Shown here piece by piece: positions 17,207 to 27,011 of a DNA stretch of 64,000 nt. Under the pieces are notes generated by a model. That model was not told the DNA's origin. It did no database searches and saw nothing but the letters and a program-made list of their open reading frames with translations. The stretch is from NCBI GenBank assembly GCA_043810775.1, contig JBDRNU010000026.1, forward strand, positions 4,639-68,638. Reading direction: 5' to 3'. Numbering within the stretch: the stretch's first letter is position 1; each line of letters begins with the position of its first letter. A program made the position numbers and the translations under genes. Source of the DNA: an archaeon (GTDB lineage Archaea; Nanobdellota; Nanobdellia; Pacearchaeales; GW2011-AR1).

Positions 17207-18160
17207 CTATGTAAAAATTTTCTCAAATTGAGAAGGGGTTCTAGAAATTACATTGCTATTAATCCATAATGCAACATCTTCTAATTTTTGTAAGCCTTCT
17301 CCCGAATCTCCAGGAAGATAATCAACTCCCCACCCCATTCCAGGATGTGCTGATACAACTAAATCTCCACCAAATCTCTTAATAAGAATTCCCTTAAGAT
17401 GAACTTCCTCAAGATATGTCCCTTTTTCAAATTCCTCTTTCTCTGGCTCTCCTACTATTATTGTCTTGTAAGGAAATGATATATCAAAAGCATGAGAATT
17501 TATTAGCCCTACTTGCTTTAAAGTAATTCCAATGTGGTTTAACCATAAACTTTCTTGTCTATGGGTTAATCTGCCAGTATACCTTAAATTTTCACTAGGA
17601 GAAAATTCAAAGGGGATAGAGACATTTAGAGATCTTTCTAGTTCTGGGCATACTTGTAACGGAGTAAATGCTTCTTTTAAATCTCCTCTTTGCAAAATAT
17701 AAGATATCTCTAAAAAAGAATTCCCACTATTTCTTATTAATTCAGCACGCTCGTAAAGTTGTTGTGGAACAGATGCTAAACCAGGGTAATAAGGCAGAAC
17801 AATTCTTTTAGAATCAAGTTCTTTTAAAAAGTTAAATACTCTTTTTCCTGCAGAACTTATTATTTTCTCTCTCTTAGAAGTGTCTAAAATTTCTTCACCA
17901 GGAAGGGCAATAGCTCCTCTTAGTTTCCTTGTAAAATTTCCATCATAGTGAGTCCAATTCCCAAGTCTCCCAAGCTCACTACCAGCATAACGAGAATTAT
18001 CTCGGAGGTGGAAAGAACAATCTTCAGATCCTCCTTCAGAAGGAGCAAAGTACCACAATGGAGAAAATGGATCAGCACCATATTTTTCACAATTCACAAA
18101 AAATTCTGTAAGAATGTCTGCACATTTCTCATTGCCTTTAATTTGCCATTTCCTTCCCAT
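17207..18160 (-). CDS. Hypothetical protein (317 aa, no recognised family)
   Basis: Long clean ORF whose composition is less Lys/Ile-biased than its neighbours. Confidence 0.5.
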   Translation of the reverse strand: MGRKWQIKGNEKCADILTEFFVNCEKYGADPFSPLWYFAPSEGGSEDCSFHLRDNSRYAGSELGRLGNWTHYDGNFTRKLRGAIALPGEEILDTSKREKIISSAGKRVFNFLKELDSKRIVLPYYPGLASVPQQLYERAELIRNSGNSFLEISYILQRGDLKEAFTPLQVCPELERSLNVSIPFEFSPSENLRYTGRLTHRQESLWLNHIGITLKQVGLINSHAFDISFPYKTIIVGEPEKEEFEKGTYLEEVHLKGILIKRFGGDLVVSAHPGMGWGVDYLPGDSGEGLQKLEDVALWINSNVISRTPSQFEKIFT

Positions 18161-18346
18161 AAAAATTATATATATTTGGGTTTTTTAAGTATTATTATAC
18201 TAGACAATCAGGTAATTATTAAGTCCTAAATCTAGGCAATCAAGGCATATTTCACTATAATCAAGGGGTCAAAGAAAAAGTATAAATACTAGTATTACTT
18301 TAACAAATATACCCCTCAAAAAGAAAGAGGTAATTGGGGCCCAGCC

Positions 18347-18784
18347 ATGGAAAGAATAATTCAGGAGAAAATATCAGCAGATCACCTGCTTTATGTAAGC
18401 CTAAAATACACCAAAACAGGTGATGTAATGCTAAATCTAATTACAAGATGGAAATCAATGATAGATGGATGTATAAATAGAATGCTGGAAAAAGCCAAAA
18501 AAAAGAAGGTTATAAAATCCATTCCTCTGGCACCTAAGCAAAAAATAGACAAAATACGCGAAATTTACAAGAAAAATCCAGATATAATAGAAACCATGAA
18601 CTTATATGAATTCTTCAAAAGAACAGAAAACGCAGAAAAGCTAAAAGAGCATGAATTCAGGAAAAATGTTACACTAAAAATTCTAGACAGGGGAGAGTGG
18701 ATAGATATAAATCTAGACAAACTTAAAGAATATAATCTAATTTTAGAAAGGTTTATAAGTCAAACCAAACAAATTCTTTCATAA
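18347..18784 (+). CDS. Hypothetical helical protein, paralog of 16661-17134
   Basis: SADHLLYVSLKYTKTGDVMLNLITRW resembles TADHMTYITYPLIKEKRLLLKILSEL. Confidence 0.45.
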   Translation: MERIIQEKISADHLLYVSLKYTKTGDVMLNLITRWKSMIDGCINRMLEKAKKKKVIKSIPLAPKQKIDKIREIYKKNPDIIETMNLYEFFKRTENAEKLKEHEFRKNVTLKILDRGEWIDINLDKLKEYNLILERFISQTKQILS

Positions 18785-18804
18785 TAAGAAGCTTGATTTT
18801 TAAA

Positions 18805-19575
18805 ATGGGAAAAATTTATACTATAATTTCAGGTAAAGGAGGTGTAGGAAAAACAACTTCAGCTATAAATTTAGCTGCTGCTCTTAACAGCCTGCAAGAA
18901 GAAGCAATAGTAGTTGATGGTAATCTAATCACTCCAAATGTTGGCTTGCATTTTGGAGCCCCAATAGTCCCAGTAAGCCTAAATCATGTTTTAAATGGAA
19001 AAGCAGTTATACACGAAGCTATCTATGAGCACGAATCTGGAACCAAGGTAATTCCAGCTTCACTATCTCTAAAAGACCTTAAAAAAACAAACCCGGAAAA
19101 ACTCAAGAATGCAGTTAAACTGCTGAAAAAAACATCAGACCATATAATACTAGATTCAGCTGCTGGACTAGGTGAAGAAGCTCTTGCTGCAATAGATGCA
19201 GGAGATGAAATTATAATAATCACCAACCCAGAAATGCCTGCAGTAACTGACGCTCTTAAAACAATTAAAATAGCAGAAGAAAGAAAAAAGCCAGTTACAG
19301 GAGTAATCATCACCAGGATAAAAAGAGATGGATATGATATGCCTTACCTAAATGTTAAAGGTATGTTAGAGGTTCCAATCTTAGGAATTATACCAGAAGA
19401 CAAGAACATGAGAAAAGCTCTTGTAATGAAAAACGCCGTCTATCACACTCACCCAAATTCAAAGTCATCTCGCGCCTACCGTGAAATAGCTGAAAAGCTT
19501 TCTGGAAAGAAATACGATTCAATTAACAAGCCTAGCTTATATGAACAAGTTCTTAAAAAAATAGGCTTGCGATAA
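18805..19575 (+). CDS. minD: MinD/ParA-family P-loop ATPase
   Basis: Deviant Walker A SGKGGVGKTT. ATG at 18805 is preferred over the TTG at 18793. Confidence 0.85.
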   Translation: MGKIYTIISGKGGVGKTTSAINLAAALNSLQEEAIVVDGNLITPNVGLHFGAPIVPVSLNHVLNGKAVIHEAIYEHESGTKVIPASLSLKDLKKTNPEKLKNAVKLLKKTSDHIILDSAAGLGEEALAAIDAGDEIIIITNPEMPAVTDALKTIKIAEERKKPVTGVIITRIKRDGYDMPYLNVKGMLEVPILGIIPEDKNMRKALVMKNAVYHTHPNSKSSRAYREIAEKLSGKKYDSINKPSLYEQVLKKIGLR

Positions 19576-19605
19576 GTTTATAATAAACTATTTTTTTATC
19601 GTTTT

Positions 19606-20007
19606 ATGAAGTTTTATATTTCTGCAAAGTGGCAGTTAGTCGAAGAAGTGAGAAAAATTCACAAGTTGCTAAAAGAAAAGGGTCATGAAATTACAGAAGA
19701 CTGGACTCTTCATAATTGTGTAAAGCCATATGATAAAGATGTTAAAGTATCTAATGAATTGGCAAAAAAAGACATTCAAGGCGTCTTAAATGCTGATGTT
19801 TATGTTCTTTTAAGTGACAATAAGGGAATTGGTAAATATATAGAGTTAGGTGCTGCACTTGCCTCTAATGTTCTTGCAGGAAAGCCCTTGATTTATGTTA
19901 TAGGGAGTCTTAACAACCAGTCGCAATTTTATTTTCATCCAGAAGTTAGGCTTAAAAGAAATTTTGATGAAGTTCTTGAAGAAGTTGATAAATTAGGAGT
20001 AAAGTAA
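19606..20007 (+). CDS. Nucleoside 2-deoxyribosyltransferase-like protein
   Basis: 133 aa. The Rossmann-like pattern and YIELGAA Glu motif resemble the NDT/Rcl family. Weak call. Confidence 0.4.
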   Translation: MKFYISAKWQLVEEVRKIHKLLKEKGHEITEDWTLHNCVKPYDKDVKVSNELAKKDIQGVLNADVYVLLSDNKGIGKYIELGAALASNVLAGKPLIYVIGSLNNQSQFYFHPEVRLKRNFDEVLEEVDKLGVK

Positions 20008-20030
20008 ACTTAAATCCAGTTCTGTATAAA

Positions 20031-20354
20031 ATGAACATAGAAAATTTAAATTTAGATCCATGGGAGCTAAAAAAAGCCCTTGAACCACTAGGATATATTT
20101 TTCCTGACAGATTTACCTTTAAAACAAGAACATCAGGGAAATTTGATTCAGACGGGGAAGTGTATATTACTAATGCAGATATGCAGCTTCAGTCATTCAT
20201 GATATATAGAAAAAGAGGTAATGAAAACATTGGTTTTAAAGTAATTCCCCATTCAATTTATGAAAAAAATTCCAATCCAAGACTAATAAAAACTCTAATT
20301 CCATTTCCAGATGAATTAGTAAAAGAACTGGAGTTGATTTTAGAAAAAAAATAA
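20031..20354 (+). CDS. Hypothetical protein
   Basis: 107-aa ORF. Confidence 0.4.
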   Translation: MNIENLNLDPWELKKALEPLGYIFPDRFTFKTRTSGKFDSDGEVYITNADMQLQSFMIYRKRGNENIGFKVIPHSIYEKNSNPRLIKTLIPFPDELVKELELILEKK

Positions 20355-20356
20355 AA

Positions 20357-20429
20357 TGGGCCCTAGCAGAATTGAACTGCTGATCTCTTCCGTGTGAAGG
20401 AAGCGTCATAACCACTAGACTAAAGGCCC
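20357..20429 (-). tRNA. tRNA-Val (anticodon CAC)
   Basis: Manual fold of GGGCCTTTAGTCTAGTGGTTATGACGCTTCCTTCACACGGAAGAGATCAGCAGTTCAATTCTGCTAGGGCCCA. Anticodon stem CTTCC/GGAAG with loop TTCACAC. T arm AGCAG-TTCAATT-CTGCT. Confidence 0.9.
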
Positions 20430-20460
20430 TGAGTATAACTAGAAATAAGGATATTTTAAA

Positions 20461-20721
20461 TTAACTGCGAACAGAGCTATTAACACTAAATTCTTGCTCA
20501 ACAGCAAGATAAGCCAATCTTTTCAATCTTCTCATATTCTGTGGCTCATCAACTTCAGCATAGTTTATTCCAATTCTAGGCAGTATAGTTTCGCAATAGC
20601 ACAAATCATGAAGCTTTTTATCAAATTCACTACGTTTCTCACAGCTTAATCCATCTATTTCAGAGTAAATTACAAGCATTTCTTCTGTAGTTAGAGAATT
20701 AAACCTTTCAATTAAGCCCAT
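20461..20721 (-). CDS. Hypothetical protein
   Basis: 86-aa ORF with a GGAGGAG SD upstream. Confidence 0.4.
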   Translation of the reverse strand: MGLIERFNSLTTEEMLVIYSEIDGLSCEKRSEFDKKLHDLCYCETILPRIGINYAEVDEPQNMRRLKRLAYLAVEQEFSVNSSVRS

Positions 20722-20742
20722 TTACTCCTCCAAAACACCATT

Positions 20743-20958
20743 TTAAAATACTAGAAATTCATCAGCTAAAACCATTTCAACAGGAGTCATATCACTAAAA
20801 TAATTTAACTCACTATCAGCACCGCATTCAAAGCACCTGTACAAGCCAATAAAATCCTCCCTGGCTTTAAGTCTAGACATCAGCACATCATCCTCTCCAC
20901 AATAAGGGCACTGCTCAGCAATAACAAGTTCATAAAGTTCATCCCTTACTCCTTCCAT
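20743..20958 (-). CDS. Small zinc-ribbon protein
   Basis: CPYCGEDD...CFECG Cys pairs. Confidence 0.45.
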   Translation of the reverse strand: MEGVRDELYELVIAEQCPYCGEDDVLMSRLKAREDFIGLYRCFECGADSELNYFSDMTPVEMVLADEFLVF

Positions 20959-20959
20959 T

Positions 20960-21967
20960 TTAATCCTTTATTTTTGTAAACAAAATCTGTGCCTTTTTAA
21001 TTTTTTGTATGCTAATTGGCTTGTTAATTTCCTCAATCCCTATCTTAAATCCAAAATGCTTGGCTATCTTCTCACTAGTCTCAGGAATAAAAGGATAAAG
21101 CAAAATAGAAATTGCCTTAATGCTGTCAACTAATTCATATAGCTTCTTTGAATCTCCGCTTTCCCATAGCTTATTTTTCTGAACATACTCATTGCAAATG
21201 TCAATAAACGCAAAAATCTCATTTAACGCCTTGTCAAACTGATAGCTGTCAACTAATTTGATTATTTTTTTTAATTTTAATTTTCCAAGCAGCTTGTTTT
21301 GAGTTTTCTCGACGCCAAATTTCTCCCCCAAAGCACTGACTCTTGAAATCAAATTTCCCAGCTTGTTCGCAAGCTCATTATTATGCCTGTCAACTAAAGA
21401 TTGCTCTGAAAAATCTCCATCATCTCCAAAAGGAGTTCCCCTAAACAAGAAATATCTTGCAGAATCAACACCAGCAATTCCAATTAGCTCATCAACATTA
21501 ATTACCTTGCCCCTAGATTTTGAGATTTTTTCCTTATCAAAAGTCCACCAACCATGAGCAAAAACATTTTTAGGAAGTTCTATTCCTGCTGACATTAACA
21601 TAGCAGGCCAGTATACAGTATGAAACCATATAATATCTTTCCCAATCAAGTGAACATCTGCAGGCCAGAATTTTTCTTTTCCTTTTTGCCTAGATGCAGA
21701 ATAATAATTAAGCAATGCGTCAAACCAGACATAAGCCACATGCTTCTTATCAAATGGAAGAGAAACTCCCCAGTCAAAACCTATCCTAGAAATGCTAAAA
21801 TCTTGTAATCCCTCCTTAACTCTGTTAATAATTTCATTTTCTCTTGACTTAGGCAAAATAAATCCGGTTTTATATAAATCAAGAAGCTTTTTCTGATACT
21901 TGCTTAACTTAAAAAAATAGCTGTCTTCCTTTAGTTTATCAACTTTCTCTTGTGTATTGGACAGCAC
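20960..21967 (-). CDS. metG: Methionyl-tRNA synthetase, C-terminal portion (KMSKS and anticodon-binding domain)
   Basis: EDSYFFKLSKY, KISKSRG and WWTFDKEKISKS. Frame differs by one nt from the N-terminal portion, with a 37-nt overlap. Confidence 0.85.
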   Translation of the reverse strand: MLSNTQEKVDKLKEDSYFFKLSKYQKKLLDLYKTGFILPKSRENEIINRVKEGLQDFSISRIGFDWGVSLPFDKKHVAYVWFDALLNYYSASRQKGKEKFWPADVHLIGKDIIWFHTVYWPAMLMSAGIELPKNVFAHGWWTFDKEKISKSRGKVINVDELIGIAGVDSARYFLFRGTPFGDDGDFSEQSLVDRHNNELANKLGNLISRVSALGEKFGVEKTQNKLLGKLKLKKIIKLVDSYQFDKALNEIFAFIDICNEYVQKNKLWESGDSKKLYELVDSIKAISILLYPFIPETSEKIAKHFGFKIGIEEINKPISIQKIKKAQILFTKIKD

Positions 21968-22392
21968 TCATTAACCAAATCTTTTTCAGTAAAATAAGCC
22001 TCACAATCTACACAATAATAGCCCTCATACTGCCCAAAATAAATCTCACCCCTGTCATAAATTTTCTGAATTATTTCCTGCACAACTTTTTCATGGTCAG
22101 GGTCAGTAGTCCTAATAAATCGGTCATATTGTATGTTTAATTTCTTCCACGCATCTTTGAATTTTGGTATTAGCTCGTCGACAAATTGCTTTTCTGGCTT
22201 GCCTGCTTTTTGGGCTGCATTTTGAATTTTTTTTCCATGGTCATCAGTTCCAGTAAGGAAAAATACTTCATTTCCCTTAATATGATTCCATCTAGCCAAA
22301 ACATCAGCTGCTAATGTAGTATAACCATGCCCAATATGAGGTATATCACTGGGATAATAGATGGGAGTAGTTACATAAAATTTCTTTGCCAT
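21931..22392 (-). CDS. metG: Methionyl-tRNA synthetase, N-terminal portion (HIGH and zinc knuckle)
   Basis: TTPIYYPSDIPHIGHGYT and CVDCEAYF...CCPIHKRK. Terminates five codons after the point where the other frame continues the MetRS sequence. Confidence 0.85.
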   Translation of the reverse strand: MAKKFYVTTPIYYPSDIPHIGHGYTTLAADVLARWNHIKGNEVFFLTGTDDHGKKIQNAAQKAGKPEKQFVDELIPKFKDAWKKLNIQYDRFIRTTDPDHEKVVQEIIQKIYDRGEIYFGQYEGYYCVDCEAYFTEKDLVNECCPIHKRKLIN

Positions 22393-22426
22393 GAAAAATA
22401 GAGAAACGCTATTTATTTAAAGCTTA

Positions 22427-24043
22427 TCACACATTGCAAGCCCTGACAAAAGCATCAAATAAAGGTGCCGGCTTCATTAAGCTTGACTTAAACTCAGGGT
22501 GCGCCTGAGTAGCAATAAAAAATTTATTTTCAGGAATTTCAATAAACTCAACTAAATTCCCATCAGGGCTCATGCCAGAAAACACTAATCCTTTTTCCTG
22601 AAGAATATCATGATAGTAAGGATTTACCTCATACCTGTGCCTGTGCCTTTCATAAGCTTCTCCACTTCTATAAATTTCCCTTACTCTTCCTTTTAGTAAA
22701 GCGCGATAAGCTCCTAGCCTCATACTAGCTCCTTTCTTATCAACGTGCAATTGTTCAGGTAAAATATCAATAACCTTGTGTTTAGTTTCAGGATTAATTT
22801 CAGAAGTGTGGGCATTTTCAAGTCCACAAACATTCCTAGCATACTCAACTACTGCAAGCTGCAATCCAAAACACAATCCAAGATAAGGAATATTATTTTC
22901 CCTTGCATGCTTTATCGCACAAATCTTACCCTCAACTCCACTCCCTCCAAACCCCCCAGGAACAATAATCCCATCTAACCTGTCTAATTTGCTCTCTAAA
23001 TTTCCACCATTCAGCCCATTTGCATCAATCCACTGAATATCAACTCCCACAGAATTATTTGCACCTGCATGCTTCAAAGCCTCATTTACAGAAACATACG
23101 CATCTTCAAGTGTAAATCCTCCGCTTGCAATATACTTACAAATCATTCCTACCCGGATAGTCTTTTCAGGATTAACAATTTTATCAACAAGCTCGCCCCA
23201 TCTTTCCCAGTCAGGCTCTTTCCTCTTCTCAAGTTCTAATCTATGGAGAAGTTTCTCTCCAAATTTTTCACCCTCCAATTGAAGAGGAATCTGGTAGATA
23301 GTTCCATTTCTTTCTGATGTAGTCACATCCGGCATAGAAATAACTCCATCCTCACTAATATTAGCATATGTTTTTATTTTTCTTTTTCTCACACTATCCA
23401 ATGCCTCTGCTCCCCTGCACAAAACAAAATCTGGCTGTATGCCGCTATGTCTTAAAAGTTTAATTGCTATTTGAGTTGGCTTTGTTTTCATTTCTTTTAT
23501 ATGGCTCGGAGTAGGCAGATAGCTAACAAGTGCATTGACAAGATTATCTCTTCCAACCTCTAATCCTAATGAATTCATCGCAAAAAGAAAAGGAAAATGC
23601 TCATCATCTCCAATCGTGCCCCCAACTTCAACAACACTAATATCATAATCTTTGCTTGCCTCTACAACTCTTTTCTTAATTTCATCAGAAACATGCGGGA
23701 CAAGCTGGACAGTCCTGCCAAGAAAATCCCCTCGCCTCTCCTTCTCCAGCAAATCCTGAAAAACCGCTCCCTGAACAATATTATTTTTCTTTAAAATAGT
23801 ACTGCCAAGAAATCTCTCATAAGTTCCTAAATCCTGGTCAGTTTCTGCGCCATCTTCTGTAACAAAAACCTCTCCATGCTCAGTAGGCCTCATAGTTCCT
23901 GGATCAACATTCAAATAAGCATCAAGCTTTACTACAGTTGTATTAAATCCATATTCCTGCATAATCTTTCCAATAGAAGCGCTTGCCACCCCCTTTCCCA
24001 CCCCAGAAATTACACCTCCTGTAACTACAATATACTTAGTCAT
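22427..24043 (-). CDS. pyrG: CTP synthase
   Basis: MTKYIVVTGGVISGVGKG N-terminus and the GATase domain GLCFGLQ with HRHRYEVN. Confidence 0.95.
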   Translation of the reverse strand: MTKYIVVTGGVISGVGKGVASASIGKIMQEYGFNTTVVKLDAYLNVDPGTMRPTEHGEVFVTEDGAETDQDLGTYERFLGSTILKKNNIVQGAVFQDLLEKERRGDFLGRTVQLVPHVSDEIKKRVVEASKDYDISVVEVGGTIGDDEHFPFLFAMNSLGLEVGRDNLVNALVSYLPTPSHIKEMKTKPTQIAIKLLRHSGIQPDFVLCRGAEALDSVRKRKIKTYANISEDGVISMPDVTTSERNGTIYQIPLQLEGEKFGEKLLHRLELEKRKEPDWERWGELVDKIVNPEKTIRVGMICKYIASGGFTLEDAYVSVNEALKHAGANNSVGVDIQWIDANGLNGGNLESKLDRLDGIIVPGGFGGSGVEGKICAIKHARENNIPYLGLCFGLQLAVVEYARNVCGLENAHTSEINPETKHKVIDILPEQLHVDKKGASMRLGAYRALLKGRVREIYRSGEAYERHRHRYEVNPYYHDILQEKGLVFSGMSPDGNLVEFIEIPENKFFIATQAHPEFKSSLMKPAPLFDAFVRACNV

Positions 24044-24435
24044 ATAAAAAAGAGTTAATTAGAGTATTATAAAGATTATTATAGTGTATTGATAACTAAT
24101 CTATTAAAAGGAAAGTTTAAATTTCATATAAATAATCTTCCTGCATGGCAATAAAACTTCCTAAATATACCAATTCAAGGCAAGAGTTAGAAAAAGCGAA
24201 GGTTTTTTATAGTTCAGAATAATATTAATATTAATATGTTCCCCAGTATGGTCTTAGGGCAATACTGGGCTCTTATTTTAATCCTATTAATTTAACTATC
24301 TTTTTATTTATGCAGAAAGAAGTATTGCAGGTTTTCAAGCTACAAGAAGCCAGAATAATTAAATAAAAGTGCCCAAATAAATTCTAGAACTTATTTCAAC
24401 TAATTATTAAAAACTCCCAGAAAAAGCCGATTTTC

Positions 24436-26979
24436 TTAAACAGCCAATACAATAATAATCAAAATAATTATTATAAGTATTAATACTAGAAAGATTAGAA
24501 CTGCTGGAGTCAGCAAATCCATTAAGCTTCTGCTCCTAGATTGCTTTCCTAAAGGTACACTTCCTGTAGCTGAGTAATTAGTATTTCCTAAATAAACAGT
24601 AGTCCCAGCATTGCTAGGCTCTTGTGTATCTTCAATTGGAATATTAGGTTTAGTAGTTCCTCCTCCCCCGCCTGAATCATCATCATCGTCATCATCATCA
24701 TCTCCAGGAGGGCCAATGCACTTGGCATTTTCACATCCATAAGTGCACTCTTCAACAATTTCAGTGGTATTTGCAATCTGACAAGTATAATTCTCACAAT
24801 CAGGAACTAAATGGTCCCTGACTACATCATCAGCAAAACAATAATTTCCAGAGTAACTCTCATTCCCGCAGTCAGAATCTTGATTGCATTCTGGCTCTTT
24901 GCACTGCCCATCCTCGCATCCATACTCACACTCTTCAACTAATACAGGTTTAGTTTCACTTGAACAAAAGCTGTCTGCTTCTTCCGGATTATTGCAGCTA
25001 AACTCAGTATAATTCTGATAAACATTAGTATGGCATATGCAATATTTCTCACCTATAAAACCATCTTCCCCGCAGTCTGAATCTTGATTGCATTCAACTG
25101 GAGGTTCTATGCATTGAGCATCCTCGCATCCATACAAGCAATACTCCTGAACTTCTGTAACATTGCTAACAAGCCCGCACTCTCCACCTTCACAACCATA
25201 AGATAAATAATCCACAGCCACATTTCCTTCAGAACAATAAGGCAGAGTAACAGCTTCAGCCCCGCAATCTTCTACTATCCAAGGAGTTATACTCTCATCA
25301 CAATAACTTTCAAATGTACCTGGATTTTTGCAAGTATAATCTATAAAATCTTGAGTTGAATTTTGTCCTGAACAGTACTTATCCCCAAAAGGTCCGTCAA
25401 TTCCGCACTCCCAATTTTCAAAGCAAGTAATCTCATCAGTGCACTCCCCATCTACACACTCTTCATTGCACTCCTGGACTAATTCAGTTAGCTTCTCAAT
25501 TCCGCACTCATTGCCTTCACATCTGGGAACATAATGGTCAACTACAACACGGCTATTATCACAATAATTCTCACCATAATAATCATCTCCGCACTCTTCA
25601 TCAATTTCACACTCTGGCTCCAAGCACTGCCCATCCTTGCATCCATACTCACACTCTTCAACAAAATCAGGTTGAACACTAAGATGGCACTCACCATCAT
25701 TGCAATAAGGATTAAAATAATCTCTGTAAACATCTCCTGCAAAACAATAATTATCTTCATAATATGATTCACCACAGTCTTTATCAATATAGCATGAAGG
25801 CTCAGGATAAACAAAAATTTCTTGGATTATTGTTTCATTCAGGTTTTCTTCATAAGGGCAGTTATCTGCAACACCTTGCACTGTTAGAGTATAAAGCCCC
25901 TGCTCTTCAGGTGTCCACGGAAAACTAAATGTATAAGGATTAAATTCATCACCATTAGCTTCCACAACAAAACTAACCTCATTAGTTTCTGTATCATTAA
26001 CTTTTTTGATTTCAACATCAATAACAGTTGGAAGAGGGGTTAAGTCTTCTCCATAAACAGCATTGCTTATTTTATCAGCATAAACACTAACTTCCTGTCC
26101 TGCCTTAGGCATATTATCTGAAAAAACTAAATTATTCAGTAAAGTATAGCACATTTCCTCAAGCTCATCAATAACACTAAACTCTTTTTCAACAGACATA
26201 TCAAGAACTTCCAGGCATTTTTCATCTGTAATATGGCTAGTAACAATTGCCTTATACTCTCCTGCTACTTCAGGAGTCCAGACAAAACTAACACTTTCTT
26301 TTCCGCTGTATTCAATCATTAAATCTTCATAATCTTCAAAAACAACATCATCAGTACTATTAATAATTTGCACTATAACTCTTGTAGCTATCTGATAATG
26401 CTCTAAAATCTCAGAAGGAACATAATCTAAAGGCCCATTATGCTCAAGAGCAGAAGTCACATCTGAATCCAGCTCAGCTTCAACATCTATTTGCAATGGT
26501 TGATGAGGATTTACACCATTAATCAAGCTAAAATTATCAACAACAGCACTGCACTGCTCAACTTTCAGTAAATATTTAGAATAAGGCCCTTGAGGGTCTG
26601 CAGGATTAGTTCCCCACCAAGTTGCTTTTATCTCCCAGGGAACATAACCCTCTTTAAAAAAATAAACGCCATATCCAGAAGATTGTAAATTTGTAGGATA
26701 TGTAAGTTGAATATGATTATCGCTTCCTGAATTTAATATTTCACCACCCCATAGCTCACCGCTAACAGAACTGCAAGCAGAATTAGCGCAGACAAAGCCA
26801 ATTACACTAAAATTATTCACAGGGTTTGTTGTAGTTGTATATGAGCCATCCAAATGAAGTGTTGCTTCATAAGTATTATAATCAATATATCTTGTAGCAC
26901 TAACAAGGAAACAAGCGCTTAAAACTAAAATTATTACTAATGAAATCTTCCAAGGAATTGTATTTGCTATTTTGTTCAT
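24436..26979 (-). CDS. Large Cys-rich secreted protein with C-terminal TM anchor
   Basis: 847 aa with an N-terminal signal/TM. Two W-T-P-E...G-x-Y beta-sandwich-like segments. About six roughly 60-aa Cys modules (C..D.DCG....YC...P.C...C....ECEYGC.DGQC). D9-S-G5 linker followed by a TM helix. Confidence 0.7.
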   Translation of the reverse strand: MNKIANTIPWKISLVIILVLSACFLVSATRYIDYNTYEATLHLDGSYTTTTNPVNNFSVIGFVCANSACSSVSGELWGGEILNSGSDNHIQLTYPTNLQSSGYGVYFFKEGYVPWEIKATWWGTNPADPQGPYSKYLLKVEQCSAVVDNFSLINGVNPHQPLQIDVEAELDSDVTSALEHNGPLDYVPSEILEHYQIATRVIVQIINSTDDVVFEDYEDLMIEYSGKESVSFVWTPEVAGEYKAIVTSHITDEKCLEVLDMSVEKEFSVIDELEEMCYTLLNNLVFSDNMPKAGQEVSVYADKISNAVYGEDLTPLPTVIDVEIKKVNDTETNEVSFVVEANGDEFNPYTFSFPWTPEEQGLYTLTVQGVADNCPYEENLNETIIQEIFVYPEPSCYIDKDCGESYYEDNYCFAGDVYRDYFNPYCNDGECHLSVQPDFVEECEYGCKDGQCLEPECEIDEECGDDYYGENYCDNSRVVVDHYVPRCEGNECGIEKLTELVQECNEECVDGECTDEITCFENWECGIDGPFGDKYCSGQNSTQDFIDYTCKNPGTFESYCDESITPWIVEDCGAEAVTLPYCSEGNVAVDYLSYGCEGGECGLVSNVTEVQEYCLYGCEDAQCIEPPVECNQDSDCGEDGFIGEKYCICHTNVYQNYTEFSCNNPEEADSFCSSETKPVLVEECEYGCEDGQCKEPECNQDSDCGNESYSGNYCFADDVVRDHLVPDCENYTCQIANTTEIVEECTYGCENAKCIGPPGDDDDDDDDDSGGGGGTTKPNIPIEDTQEPSNAGTTVYLGNTNYSATGSVPLGKQSRSRSLMDLLTPAVLIFLVLILIIIILIIIVLAV

Positions 26980-27011
26980 TTTTATAATTTTTTATTTAAT
27001 GAAGTCAGTAT

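Noticed and set aside
24044-24435. 390-nt gene-free region with an 8-bp hairpin (CCCAGTAT...ATACTGGG, about 24241-24270); possible ncRNA
   Set aside because: There is only one modest hairpin, no conserved motif that I recognise and no second copy. It is more likely a promoter or terminator spacer between pyrG and the surface-protein gene.
24676-24702. Nine consecutive Asp codons (GAT/GAC), then a Ser codon and five Gly codons; possible slippage-prone simple repeat
   Set aside because: It is in frame and reads as an acidic or flexible stalk linker before the membrane anchor. Without population data there is no evidence of length variation.
25534-25814. Internal ORFs on both strands within the 847-aa gene (also 24588-24797)
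   Set aside because: These are alternative frames of the Cys-module repeat region. The long frame with conserved Cys spacing explains the sequence.
24436-26979. PGF-CTERM/archaeosortase-type sorting signal on the anchored surface proteins
   Set aside because: The C-terminal segments of all four proteins lack a PGF/PEF-like tripeptide before the TM helix, so only a generic C-terminal anchor is claimed.
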